Part shown: positions 13,819-22,564 of the stretch, piece after piece
Layout: each line of letters opens with the position of its first letter
Numbering within the stretch: position 1 is the stretch's first letter
NCBI GenBank assembly: GCA_027036775.1
Contig: JALWDS010000044.1
Coordinates: 6,260-70,259 of the forward strand
From: Archaeoglobaceae archaeon
GTDB taxonomy: Archaea > Halobacteriota > Archaeoglobi > Archaeoglobales > Archaeoglobaceae
Length of the DNA: 64,000 bases
Direction of reading: 5' to 3'
The notes under the pieces: generated by a model
What the model was told of the DNA's origin: nothing
Databases searched by the model: none
What the model saw: only the letters and a program-made list of their open reading frames with translations
Translations under genes and position numbers: made by a program

Positions 13819-13891
13819 GCGGTCGTAGTCTAGCCTGGCAGGACACGGGCCTCCCGAGCCCGTCGCCCGGGTTCAAATCCCGGCGGCCGCA
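13819..13891 (+). tRNA. tRNA-Gly: tRNA-Gly (anticodon CCC)
   Basis: Manual cloverleaf. Acceptor GCGGUCG/CGGCCGC (one G-U pair), anticodon stem CGGGC/GCCCG with loop CUCCCGA, T arm CCGGG-UUCAAAU-CCCGG, discriminator A. No encoded CCA. Confidence 0.9.
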
Positions 13892-13953
13892 TATCGAGAG
13901 TTCTTCTTATTACCACCAAAACAGATATCAAGTCGTGAGTTTAATAGAGGTAA

Positions 13954-15792
13954 GTGGTAACCTTCGGCGTTGACGTCGTTGGGAACAACAGGTATGCGTT
14001 GTTCGTGCTGGAGAGCGAAGAGGGGAAGGTGGTATCTCAGGTAAAACTCTTCAGACTTATCAGGAGGTGTAGACCGGAAATAATAGCGGTAGATAACGTT
14101 TTCGAGCTTTTCAAGTCTAAAGAAGAGCTCGTAACGTTTCTTAGAAACGCACCACCGAATACAAAGCTGATTCAAGTTGCTGGAGAACACTCCCTGCCAG
14201 CCCTATCTAAGAGGTTCGGTCTCTCTATAAACCCGAAGAATCCCATGGACGAGGCAAGGGCCTGTGCTTACCTCGCAAAGCTTGGAGTCGGTTACGAGGT
14301 TTCTGTTTTCATGGACAGAACTACGATAACCGTTTCAAGGAACAGAAGTCTGGGGAGGGGAGGTTGGAGGCAAAAGAAGTATAAGAGAAAGATTCACAAC
14401 TCCGTAAGGCAGGTTTTCAACGAGATAAAGAGAAAACTCGACGATCTCGGCTTTGAATACGTTGAAAAGGTTAGAAAGGGATTTGGGGGAATTTCGAAGG
14501 GTGTTTTACTCGTCAACGCTCCGAAGTTTAAAATCCCCATAAACTCCTTCAGATTCGGGGACGTTCAGGTCAAAGTTGAGGCGGTAGAGAAGGACAGGAT
14601 AGAGTTCATACCCCTGAGAAAATCCAAACCCTTCGTCATAGTAGGTATAGACCCGGGAACGACAACTGCGGTAGCTTTGCTCGACTTAAACGGTAACGTG
14701 CTCGACGTGAGGAGTAAGAAGGGTTGGGGATTTGGAGATGTCGTTGACTACATAACTTCTATAGGCAAGCCCGTCGTCGTTGCAACGGACAAGTCCAACC
14801 CACCCGAATTCGTCCTAAAACTTAAGGCCTCTTTCAACGCGGTTTTGTGGTGTCCGAAGGAGGATATGAGCGTCGAGAAGAAGAGGAACTTGACGTCCAA
14901 CTACAACTACCTCAACGATCACGAGAGAGATGCCATTGCGGTAGCCATCTCTGCCTACAACTCCTACAAGAACAAGATAAAGAACGTAGAGAAGAGGGTT
15001 CCCGCCGGAATAGATGTCGACTTCGTCAAGGCGGAGGTTATAAAGGGTAACTCCCTCAAGGAGATTCTTAAGGTCGAGAGGGAAGAGAGGAAGGAGAGGG
15101 TTGAGAAGAAAAAGCAGGAAACACACTCGACAAACTTGAAGGTCTTGGAGGAACTGAGAAGGGAGAATGAGATGCTTAGAAGAAAGGTCAAGGAGCTAAG
15201 CGAAGAGGTTGAGAGGTTGAGGGGCAAGATAGTCGAGATGTCCAAGGAGAGCTACGACAGGATTAGGAGGGACAACTTGGTGAGATCTCTCAGAAGCGAG
15301 ATTTCAGAGCTTAGAAGAGCTTTGAAGGAGAGGGAGGAGAGGATAAGGGAACTCGAAAGGGAGGTTGAAACTCTGAAGAAGATGAGGGTGCTCGAACTTA
15401 AGGGATGGAAGGGAGTTAAGGTGTTGAAGAAGTTCACGAGAGACGAAATAGAGGAGCTTGAAAGGGAGTTCGGAATAGAGAGGGGAGACGTTATACTCAT
15501 CCTCGATGCGAGTTGCGGTGGAAAGAGCGGTGCGGAATACCTATGCAAGAAGGAGGTAAAGGCGGTTATAGTTAAGAACGAGATGTCCCACTTGGCAAAA
15601 TCCGTTTTCGAGGAGAGAGAGATTCCGGTCATCGATTTCAAAGACGTCGAGGTCATGGAAAGCTATCCCATATCTTTGATCAACTACGAGAGCTTCGAAA
15701 GGGCTTACAAATTGGCTAAGGAGAACTTGAGGATGAGCAAGATAGATAGAATAGAGAGGCTACTGATAGAATACAAACGTAGAAACCTTTAA
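13954..15792 (+). CDS. DUF460/COG2433-type protein (RNase H-like fold nuclease domain plus long coiled coil)
   Basis: 612 aa with a GTG start. FVIVGIDPGTTTAVALLDLNGN is a RuvC/RNase H-like first motif. Central Glu/Arg/Lys coiled coil, then a C-terminal globular domain. Confidence 0.65.
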   Translation: MVTFGVDVVGNNRYALFVLESEEGKVVSQVKLFRLIRRCRPEIIAVDNVFELFKSKEELVTFLRNAPPNTKLIQVAGEHSLPALSKRFGLSINPKNPMDEARACAYLAKLGVGYEVSVFMDRTTITVSRNRSLGRGGWRQKKYKRKIHNSVRQVFNEIKRKLDDLGFEYVEKVRKGFGGISKGVLLVNAPKFKIPINSFRFGDVQVKVEAVEKDRIEFIPLRKSKPFVIVGIDPGTTTAVALLDLNGNVLDVRSKKGWGFGDVVDYITSIGKPVVVATDKSNPPEFVLKLKASFNAVLWCPKEDMSVEKKRNLTSNYNYLNDHERDAIAVAISAYNSYKNKIKNVEKRVPAGIDVDFVKAEVIKGNSLKEILKVEREERKERVEKKKQETHSTNLKVLEELRRENEMLRRKVKELSEEVERLRGKIVEMSKESYDRIRRDNLVRSLRSEISELRRALKEREERIRELEREVETLKKMRVLELKGWKGVKVLKKFTRDEIEELEREFGIERGDVILILDASCGGKSGAEYLCKKEVKAVIVKNEMSHLAKSVFEEREIPVIDFKDVEVMESYPISLINYESFERAYKLAKENLRMSKIDRIERLLIEYKRRNL

Positions 15793-15816
15793 AATCTCGA
15801 AGGATACTTTTCGGAA

Positions 15817-16557
15817 ATGCTGATAATCGTCGCATCGATTTTAATGTTACTATTCTTAGCGGTTAAGAGGAGAACCCTCGGACTGATAGCTTGGATTTCG
15901 ACGGGAGTGGCCTTTCTTCAGAGGGTCCCCTACTTTCTATCGATAGGAGATTACTTCAACGCAACCGTGTTTGCACTTGCATTCTTTTTCTTCGTCCTTC
16001 TCGGATACACGACACTCAAGGGAGACTTGGACGTTATGGTGCAGGTCACGAGGTTCTCATTTCTGGCAATGCTTTTCTACTTCCCCTTCGAACTCTACGA
16101 GCCCTTTAGAAGGGCTTTGATAAGAACCGTGGTTGATCAGACTTTCATGCTGGGTAGAGCCATAGGATTCGACTTCGAGAGGTTGGGTTGGGACGAGATA
16201 ACCCTGAACGATAGAGGCATAAGGATCATACTGCCGTGCACAGGAATCGAAAGCATGTCCCTCTACGCCGGTGCGTGTTTGGGAGTTAAAGCTGATTTAA
16301 GCAGGAGACTGAAAGCTTTCCTCGTTTCTGTTCCCACAATCTACGTCCTAAACCTATTCAGGGCGGTTTTCGTTTTGGCCTCTTACGGATACTCCTGGTT
16401 TGGAGAGAACAGCTTTTACATAGCACACAACGTAGTATCTAAGTTTTTAGCTCTGGCGTCTCTGATAGTCATAACACTGGTGGTTTTCAAAATACTGCCT
16501 GAGCTCGAAGACCTGATAGTCAATCTAAAAAGGGAGATAGAGAGGGTGGTCAGATGA
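15817..16557 (+). CDS. Archaeosortase-family transpeptidase
   Basis: 246 aa, polytopic. Has the Cys (LPCTGIESMSLY), Arg (LNLFRAVFV) and His (YIAHNVV) triad typical of exosortase/archaeosortase. Confidence 0.75.
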   Translation: MLIIVASILMLLFLAVKRRTLGLIAWISTGVAFLQRVPYFLSIGDYFNATVFALAFFFFVLLGYTTLKGDLDVMVQVTRFSFLAMLFYFPFELYEPFRRALIRTVVDQTFMLGRAIGFDFERLGWDEITLNDRGIRIILPCTGIESMSLYAGACLGVKADLSRRLKAFLVSVPTIYVLNLFRAVFVLASYGYSWFGENSFYIAHNVVSKFLALASLIVITLVVFKILPELEDLIVNLKREIERVVR

Positions 16558-17120
16558 TAGTTAAGGAGGGGATTAAGTTTATAGCCCTCGAAATGGCACT
16601 GATACCTCTCACACTGATCTTAAAACCCCTCCTTCCCGTTTTGGCATTCTTTTTGGTTTTGACCCTTCTGTTCTTCAGAGACCCATACAGGGAGATCGGA
16701 GATGGAGTTGTTTCTCCAGCCGACGGTAGGATAGATCACGTCGAGGGGAACAGGATAGAGATATTCATGAACGTCTTCGACTGCCACGTCAACAGGAGTC
16801 CCGTGAGCGGAAGGGTTAGTAAAATAGTTTACAGTAGGGGTTCGAAGCTCCCCGCCTTTATTAGATGCGGAAATCCCGAGAGGAACGAGATATACATAGA
16901 GAGCGAATACGGAACGTTTAAGGTCGTCCAAATCGCGGGTTTCTTGGCGAGGAGGATAATCTGCTTTTTGAGGGAGGGTCAAAAGGTTGAAAAGGGTGAG
17001 AGAATTGGGATGATTGTGATGGGTTCCAGAGTAGTCTTGGAGGTCCCGAACGGGTTCAAGTTCGTCAAGGGGGTTGGAGATAAAGTGAAAGCGGGTGAGA
17101 CGATTGCGATCAAAACTTAA
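16554..17120 (+). CDS. psd: Archaetidylserine (phosphatidylserine) decarboxylase proenzyme
   Basis: 188 aa with an N-terminal TM. GERIGMIVMGSRVVL contains the G-S self-cleavage motif. Overlaps both neighbours. Confidence 0.8.
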   Translation: MIVKEGIKFIALEMALIPLTLILKPLLPVLAFFLVLTLLFFRDPYREIGDGVVSPADGRIDHVEGNRIEIFMNVFDCHVNRSPVSGRVSKIVYSRGSKLPAFIRCGNPERNEIYIESEYGTFKVVQIAGFLARRIICFLREGQKVEKGERIGMIVMGSRVVLEVPNGFKFVKGVGDKVKAGETIAIKT

Positions 17121-17694
17121 GGTTGCCGACCTTTTCTCGTTCCTCAACGCCCTCTCTGGGACGATCGGAATTTACTATGTAAATGATGTAAATTTATCTA
17201 TAAAATTTATTTTAATATCTGCCTTGATGGACGGGTTGGACGGTTTCTTCGCGAGGAAAAGGGGTTGCAGTGACCTTGGAAGGGAGTTGGATTCCCTTGC
17301 GGATATGGTATCTTTCGGAGTTCTACCATCCCTAATCCTCCTGAAGTTGGGATACCTCTACTCCGCAATTCCTTTCCTGCTCGCGTCGATGTATAGGCTT
17401 GCGAGGTTCAACGTTCTCAAATCGGAGGACTTCGTCGGGCTACCAACGACAGTTTCCGCCTTAATCGTTTCCTGCACGGTCGCTCTAAACTTTCCCCGAA
17501 TAGACGTCTTCGCACTGATTTTATCCCTCCTGATGGTCAGCGGATTGAGATACTTTAGAGTCAAGAACAGGACTTTAACTGTCATCTTCGGTTTAACCTT
17601 GATACTTGCTGTTTTTTCGAAGGTCTTTTACATCGTCGTCCTCTTAATGCTCACGGCTTACGTTATAAGTCCGGCGTTCAACGTTAGGTTATGA
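17095..17694 (+). CDS. pssA: CDP-alcohol phosphatidyltransferase (archaetidylserine synthase-like)
   Basis: 199 aa. Carries the D-G-x2-A-R-x8-G-x3-D-x3-D motif (MDGLDGFFARKRGCSDLGRELDSLAD). Confidence 0.8.
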   Translation: MRRLRSKLKVADLFSFLNALSGTIGIYYVNDVNLSIKFILISALMDGLDGFFARKRGCSDLGRELDSLADMVSFGVLPSLILLKLGYLYSAIPFLLASMYRLARFNVLKSEDFVGLPTTVSALIVSCTVALNFPRIDVFALILSLLMVSGLRYFRVKNRTLTVIFGLTLILAVFSKVFYIVVLLMLTAYVISPAFNVRL

Positions 17695-18026
17695 CGTGCA
17701 AAGCCTGCTTCGAACTCGGAATAAAGCTCGGTGCCCTGTTCCACCAGTTCTTGGGGTTACCGATCTCTTTGAAGAATGTTGAGATTGTCGAGAGGGCAAT
17801 TGAGAGCTGTGTCTCGCTTCAGCCTTACGTGGAGGACGTTAGAGTGGAGATAGACAGGGAGGTTTTGAAGAGGAGGGAGTCGAGTTTCGGATACGCAACA
17901 CTCGATCCTGAGATGCTCAAGGCTGAGGTCGTTGTCAACGTGGACGGGGTTAGAGTAAAAGGTTTGCTGAGATGGGTTGAAGAAATGAGGTATCCGCTCA
18001 TGAGCTTCGAACTCGTAAACGTTTAA
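17691..18026 (+). CDS. Probable archaeal dihydroneopterin aldolase family protein (MptD-like)
   Basis: 111 aa. FELGIKLGALFHQFLGLPIS resembles the conserved N-terminal motif of the archaeal DHNA family. Assigned from memory of the family only. Confidence 0.4.
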   Translation: MTCKACFELGIKLGALFHQFLGLPISLKNVEIVERAIESCVSLQPYVEDVRVEIDREVLKRRESSFGYATLDPEMLKAEVVVNVDGVRVKGLLRWVEEMRYPLMSFELVNV

Positions 18027-18050
18027 ATTCTTCGAGTTCGAGTTGAGAAT

Positions 18051-18230
18051 ATGAGAGAGGTGAAGGTTAGGATACCGACTTTGGACGACATCCTGCCGAA
18101 GGAGTTCAAGGAGCACATGGCAAACGCATACAAGGAAACCCTTCTGGCCCTGAGAAGCCTAATAGACGCAAAGATAAAGAAGATTGAAGAGGGAAGGGAA
18201 AAGAGGCTCAAGAAGATAGAGATTCAATGA
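18051..18230 (+). CDS. Small hypothetical protein (59 aa)
   Basis: Below the track cutoff. MREVKVRIPTLDDILPKEFKEHMANAYKETLLALRSLIDAKIKKIEEGREKRLKKIEIQ. Its stop overlaps the surE ATG (ATGA). The annotated antisense ORF 18023-18211 is low complexity. Confidence 0.45.
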   Translation: MREVKVRIPTLDDILPKEFKEHMANAYKETLLALRSLIDAKIKKIEEGREKRLKKIEIQ

Positions 18231-19009
18231 AACCCAAGATACTGATAACGAACGACGACGGATTGTATTCTCTCGGTCTCAGAGCGAGTTACGAAGCTCT
18301 AAAGGACTTGGGAGAAGTTTACGTCGTCGCTCCAATGATTCAGAGGAGCGGAGTTGGAAGGAGCATATCCATAATGACCCCGATAAGGATGCACAGGGTT
18401 AGGGTTAACGGGATGGACGTTTACGCTGTTGACGGGACTCCCACGGATGCGGTGATAATTGGCATATACGAAGTCGTGGGTGACGTTCCAGATCTCGTCG
18501 TCTCTGGAATCAACCTCGGTGAAAATCTTTCAACGGAGGCTGTAACCACATCTGGAACAGTTTGCTCAGCTTTGGAGGGAGCGACTCAAGGTAGTAAGGC
18601 TATAGCGATCTCCCTTGAACTTCCAGACCACGAGAAGTTCGAAGTATTTCCAAAGGATTTCGACTTCAGCTTGGCCAAGAGGGTTTTGAGGAGGATTGCC
18701 GAAAAGGTCTTGAGAGACGGATTGCCAAAAGGAGTGGACGTTTTGAATGTCAACGTTCCGTCCAAAGCGGTAGATGAGAGGATAGTCGTCACGAGGTTGG
18801 CGAGGAAGATGTATAGGACGAGGGTCGAGAAGAGGTTGGATCCAAGGGGGAGGGAGTATTACTGGATTTACGGTGTGGAGGTTGAAAACGCTTTGGAGGG
18901 AACGGACATACACGCTTTGAGAAGGGGTTTCATTTCGGTAACACCCATAAGCGTTGATTTAACGGCGAACGTCGATTTCCAGTCAATTGAGAGGTGGTTG
19001 AATGAATGA
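18227..19009 (+). CDS. surE: 5'/3'-nucleotidase SurE
   Basis: KILITNDDGLYSLGLRA N-terminus, plus GINLGENL and the S/T-GTV motifs. Confidence 0.9.
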   Translation: MKPKILITNDDGLYSLGLRASYEALKDLGEVYVVAPMIQRSGVGRSISIMTPIRMHRVRVNGMDVYAVDGTPTDAVIIGIYEVVGDVPDLVVSGINLGENLSTEAVTTSGTVCSALEGATQGSKAIAISLELPDHEKFEVFPKDFDFSLAKRVLRRIAEKVLRDGLPKGVDVLNVNVPSKAVDERIVVTRLARKMYRTRVEKRLDPRGREYYWIYGVEVENALEGTDIHALRRGFISVTPISVDLTANVDFQSIERWLNE

Positions 19010-19670
19010 GAAGGAGATGGTTGCGATTGAGGCTGTAAAGCTCGTTAAAGATGGGATGGTTTTGGGTGTGGGTAGCGGAACTACGGTTGCCATCTTTTTA
19101 AAGAAGCTCGGTGAAAGAATTAGGGAGGAGGAGATGACTGTTTACGGAGTTCCGAGTTCGTATCAATCTCACTTTCTCTGTATAGAGGCTGGTGTAAGGG
19201 TAGTTGACCTTTTGGAATTCCCAGAGCTCGATCTCTGCATCGATGGGGCGGATCAAATAGACGAAAATCTGAACTGCATAAAGGGAGGAGGAGGGGCTTT
19301 GACAAGGGAGAAGGTGGTTTCTCAAGCCTCTAAGAGGTTCGTGATCATTGCGGAAGGCAGAAAGTTCTCGAAGAGGTTGAACTCCCAAGTTCCTGTAGAG
19401 GTCCTTCCCTTCGCATACGGTTACGTTAAAAGGAAACTGCAAGAGATGGGAGGAATTTGCACTCTGAGGGAAGGGAAAGGTAAGCTCGGCCCAGTTGTAA
19501 CGGACAACGGAAACTTCATACTGGACTGCAACTTCGGAGAGATCGAAAATCCGAGAGAGCTTGAGGTGGAGATAAACGAGGTAGCTGGGGTTGTCGAGAA
19601 CGGCATATTTTGCAATGTGGATGAGGCTATATTGGGTTATCCGGACGGTGTTAAGTTCTTGAAGCGTTAA
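19002..19670 (+). CDS. rpiA: Ribose-5-phosphate isomerase A
   Basis: GVGSGTT, DGADQID and KGGGGALTREK motifs. Confidence 0.9.
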   Translation: MNEKEMVAIEAVKLVKDGMVLGVGSGTTVAIFLKKLGERIREEEMTVYGVPSSYQSHFLCIEAGVRVVDLLEFPELDLCIDGADQIDENLNCIKGGGGALTREKVVSQASKRFVIIAEGRKFSKRLNSQVPVEVLPFAYGYVKRKLQEMGGICTLREGKGKLGPVVTDNGNFILDCNFGEIENPRELEVEINEVAGVVENGIFCNVDEAILGYPDGVKFLKR

Positions 19671-19789
19671 TCCAGCCTTTCGAAGTCCCTACTCCCGCAG
19701 ATCGGACATTGAAATTCGAACCTCTCAAACCAAGGGCAACCCTCTTTTTCATCGTAAACGTAACCGCAAACCCTGCACTGGTAGAGCAT
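19667..19789 (-). CDS. Rubredoxin-like zinc-ribbon protein (40 aa)
   Basis: Below the track cutoff. MLYQCRVCGYVYDEKEGCPWFERFEFQCPICGSRDFERLD has a two-CxxC-knuckle rubredoxin pattern. Confidence 0.55.
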   Translation of the reverse strand: MLYQCRVCGYVYDEKEGCPWFERFEFQCPICGSRDFERLD

Positions 19790-19812
19790 GGGGGTAGTTG
19801 GCACTTGGAATT

Positions 19813-20430
19813 TCAAACTTTCTTTCCAGAAACTATAACCACGAGCTTACTCCAAAATCTGTAGGGGCCAGTTTCAACGTATCTTATGTCCTCAAGTCCC
19901 GCTTTTAGAAACCAAGCCACGCACTGTTGAGTTGAAGGGAAGAGCATTATCGATTCTGCAATCTTTCTAAAGAAGGGGTTGTCCGGTTTCCTCGGAGCCA
20001 AAATAACGACCCTACCTCCCGGCTTTGTAACCCTCGCCATCTCCTGAATTCCCAAAGCTGGGTGTGGCCAATACTCTATGCTTCCAGCAGAAATCGACGC
20101 GTCGAAAACGTCGTCTTTAAAGGGCAAGCTTTCCGCATCTCCCCTCAAGAAGTTCGCTTTTGGAAACCTCCTTACTGCTTTAACCATCTGCTCCGGAGTT
20201 AGGTCGACGGCAACAACTCTATCCTCTCCAACCCTTCTAACTATCTCGTAGGTAGTGAAACCCGTTCCGCACCCCACCTCTAAAACGAGATCGCCCTCCT
20301 TCACGTTCGCCATGTCAACGACGATCTTTCTCATCTCGTTCGAGTAAAAGAAGGGATTGATTAGGTCGTATACCTTTGAAAAGTATTTGTAGAAGTGCCT
20401 CGCCCTCTTCTTGTCGTCGAGCAGAGCCAT
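19813..20430 (-). CDS. Class I SAM-dependent methyltransferase (UbiE/MenG-like)
   Basis: VLEVGCGTGFTT motif I and the acidic loop VVAVDL. Confidence 0.8.
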   Translation of the reverse strand: MALLDDKKRARHFYKYFSKVYDLINPFFYSNEMRKIVVDMANVKEGDLVLEVGCGTGFTTYEIVRRVGEDRVVAVDLTPEQMVKAVRRFPKANFLRGDAESLPFKDDVFDASISAGSIEYWPHPALGIQEMARVTKPGGRVVILAPRKPDNPFFRKIAESIMLFPSTQQCVAWFLKAGLEDIRYVETGPYRFWSKLVVIVSGKKV

Positions 20431-20431
20431 G

Positions 20432-20830
20432 TTACTCTTCTTTCTCCTCCTTCTTAAAGAATTCCTCTAAGGGAACCTTTCCGTGTTTAACGACCTTAAC
20501 GTTTATCTGAACTATGTCCGCGGATATAACCCTTCCCCTAACTGTTTTCCTCCTTCTGACACCCTTCTCCTTCGGATTGTAACCTACTCCACCAGACAGC
20601 AGTAACCTCTTCCTTCCAGTTCCGGGCAGGTCGGGTCTCATAGGGAAACCATCCTTGTCGCTACCACCGGTTATCTGAAGTTCGTAGTCCGGAGGTAGGT
20701 CGACCAAGGTTCCGTTTATCACGTCTCCTATCTGCTTTCCTATGAGCTTGTTTGCGTTAGCTCCGCTTACCACCTTCTGGTAGGCCTTTCCAGTTTTAGG
20801 ATCGGATATAACCACCTTGAACTCGACCAT
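20432..20830 (-). CDS. rps6e: 30S ribosomal protein S6e
   Basis: Start refined to [18 protein letters not shown]. Also has [16 protein letters not shown] and RRRKTVRG. Confidence 0.9.
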   Translation of the reverse strand: MVEFKVVISDPKTGKAYQKVVSGANANKLIGKQIGDVINGTLVDLPPDYELQITGGSDKDGFPMRPDLPGTGRKRLLLSGGVGYNPKEKGVRRRKTVRGRVISADIVQINVKVVKHGKVPLEEFFKKEEKEE

Positions 20831-20900
20831 GCATGATGGAAGGGAACTCAATTTATAAACCTGACGACAACCCTATAAGCAGACACTCTCACCTGTCCCT

Positions 20901-21461
20901 ATGAGGTTCAGGTGGCTCGGCAACTCCTGCGTTGAGGTGTGGAACGATCTGCACATACTGATAGATCCGAACTACCTCGTGGAGCCCGAGGGGGGTATAG
21001 ATTACGTCTTGGTAACTCACGAGCACAACGATCACATAGACGTCGAAAAGCTGAGGAGGTTGGATTACAGAAAACTGATTGCTCCAGAATACACCCTAAA
21101 GCTTTACAAACTCGAAGGCATCAAAGCTGAGATCGGGAAGGAAGTTGAAGGTATAAAGATTTTGCCGAGCTGGTGCTGGAAATCTGAAGAGTCCGTGAGC
21201 TACTACTACGAGGGAGTTCTCCATTCTGGAGATTCGGCCAAGTTTCCAGATGTAGAGAACGTTAAAGTCGTCTTTACAGCATGTTTTCCCGACTTCTACG
21301 AGGAATACATAGAGGAGATGAAGAGGCTCAAGCCCGATTTGGTGGTTCCAATTCACTACGACGAGAGAAAGGTCAGAAACGCCGAGGGGTTGGTGGAGAT
21401 TTTGAAGAGCAATGGAATAAACGCGAGGATGGTTAAAGTTGGGGAAGTGGTGGAGCTATGA
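20901..21461 (+). CDS. MBL-fold metallo-hydrolase
   Basis: LVTHEHNDHID (HxHxDH motif). Confidence 0.8.
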   Translation: MRFRWLGNSCVEVWNDLHILIDPNYLVEPEGGIDYVLVTHEHNDHIDVEKLRRLDYRKLIAPEYTLKLYKLEGIKAEIGKEVEGIKILPSWCWKSEESVSYYYEGVLHSGDSAKFPDVENVKVVFTACFPDFYEEYIEEMKRLKPDLVVPIHYDERKVRNAEGLVEILKSNGINARMVKVGEVVEL

Positions 21462-22564
21462 TGGAGTTGAGGTATGCGAACACAAAACTATATTTCGGAC
21501 TGAAAGCGGTTGAAAGGTTGAGGGATCACTTGAACGGGTTTGAAAATGTCGTTTTGGTCACTGGGAAACATTCCGCAAGGCTGAGCGGTGCTTTAAAGGA
21601 TGTCGAGGAAGTTTTAAAGGATTTAGAAGTCGAATACAAGGTTTTCGACGAGGTCGTTCCGAATCCCACAACGGAGATAGCGGACGAGTTGGCCGAAATC
21701 ATTTGGAGAGACGGCTACGACTGCGTTATTGCGATAGGCGGTGGGAGTGTAATAGACACAGCAAAGGTATCATCCGTGATAGCCTTGAGCGGTGGAAGGG
21801 CGAGGGATTACTTGAGAGGTAAGAGAGCTAAGAGGTATCTACCTCTAATTGCGGTAAACCTAACTCACGGAACGGGAAGTGAGATAGACAGGTTTGCGGT
21901 TTTGACCGAAGGTAGGGAGAAGATAGGTATATCGATCAGATATCCGGACGTCAGCTTCGACGATCCGAAATACACGCTGACCTTACCGAGCTGTCAGGCG
22001 GTTTACACGACAATAGATGCATTCTTTCACGCATACGAGGCGGTAACCGCTAAAACCACTAACCCTTTCGTGGAGACCCTATCCTGCGAAGTCGCGAGGA
22101 TAATCGGTGAAAACCTACCCAAAGATCAAGGGCTTGAGGAGAAGACCAAACTGATGTATGCGTCGATGATTGCGGGAATGGCATTGGATTTATCTCCAGC
22201 CCACATAGTTCACGCAATAGAACACGCCCTGAGCGGTATAAATCCCAAGCTACCTCACGGTTGCGGTTTGGCTTTGATCGGGGCGAGAGCGATATACTGG
22301 ATTCACAAGCACTGCGAAAACTCAGCAAAGATCTTGAGATGCTTGACTGGAAGGGAAGTTAGATTGGCTGAGGAAGCGGAAAAGGCTTTTAGGGATTTCC
22401 TGATGGAAGTCGGATTTGTAGAGAGGTTGGGAGATTACGTAGGAAGGGACGACTTTAAAGAGGTCGAGAGAATCGTTTTCGGGCCGTTGAGGTATCTTAT
22501 CAGCAGAGTCAACTTCGAGTTCACGAGGGAGATGCTACACGACATACTCGAAAATTCACTGTGA
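21458..22564 (+). CDS. Iron-containing alcohol dehydrogenase family protein
   Basis: 368 aa. AIGGGSVIDTAK and the conserved His cluster (HAIEHALS). Confidence 0.8.
   Translation: MMELRYANTKLYFGLKAVERLRDHLNGFENVVLVTGKHSARLSGALKDVEEVLKDLEVEYKVFDEVVPNPTTEIADELAEIIWRDGYDCVIAIGGGSVIDTAKVSSVIALSGGRARDYLRGKRAKRYLPLIAVNLTHGTGSEIDRFAVLTEGREKIGISIRYPDVSFDDPKYTLTLPSCQAVYTTIDAFFHAYEAVTAKTTNPFVETLSCEVARIIGENLPKDQGLEEKTKLMYASMIAGMALDLSPAHIVHAIEHALSGINPKLPHGCGLALIGARAIYWIHKHCENSAKILRCLTGREVRLAEEAEKAFRDFLMEVGFVERLGDYVGRDDFKEVERIVFGPLRYLISRVNFEFTREMLHDILENSL

Noticed and set aside
1288-13891. Integrated provirus or plasmid with an SSV-type integrase and att repeats at tRNA-Gly.
   Set aside because: No integrase-like ORF (whole or split) was recognised and no second copy of any tRNA-Gly segment was seen by eye. 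The island is reported without claiming a mechanism.
13746-14190. ORFs 13746-13973 (+), 13873-14190 (-) and the N-terminal 43 codons of 13544-13876 (-).
   Set aside because: They overlap the tRNA-Gly gene or the DUF460 gene in other frames and have no coding features. The thioredoxin-like ORF is trimmed to the ATG at 13747.
14815-15656. Minus- and plus-strand ORFs inside the DUF460 gene (14815-15126, 14847-15050, 14964-15245, 15252-15656).
   Set aside because: Ser/Leu- or Arg-rich shadows of the Glu/Lys/Arg coiled-coil coding region. A typical antisense artefact.
16620-17147. 175-aa minus-strand ORF.
   Set aside because: Antisense to psd, which has its diagnostic GS motif.
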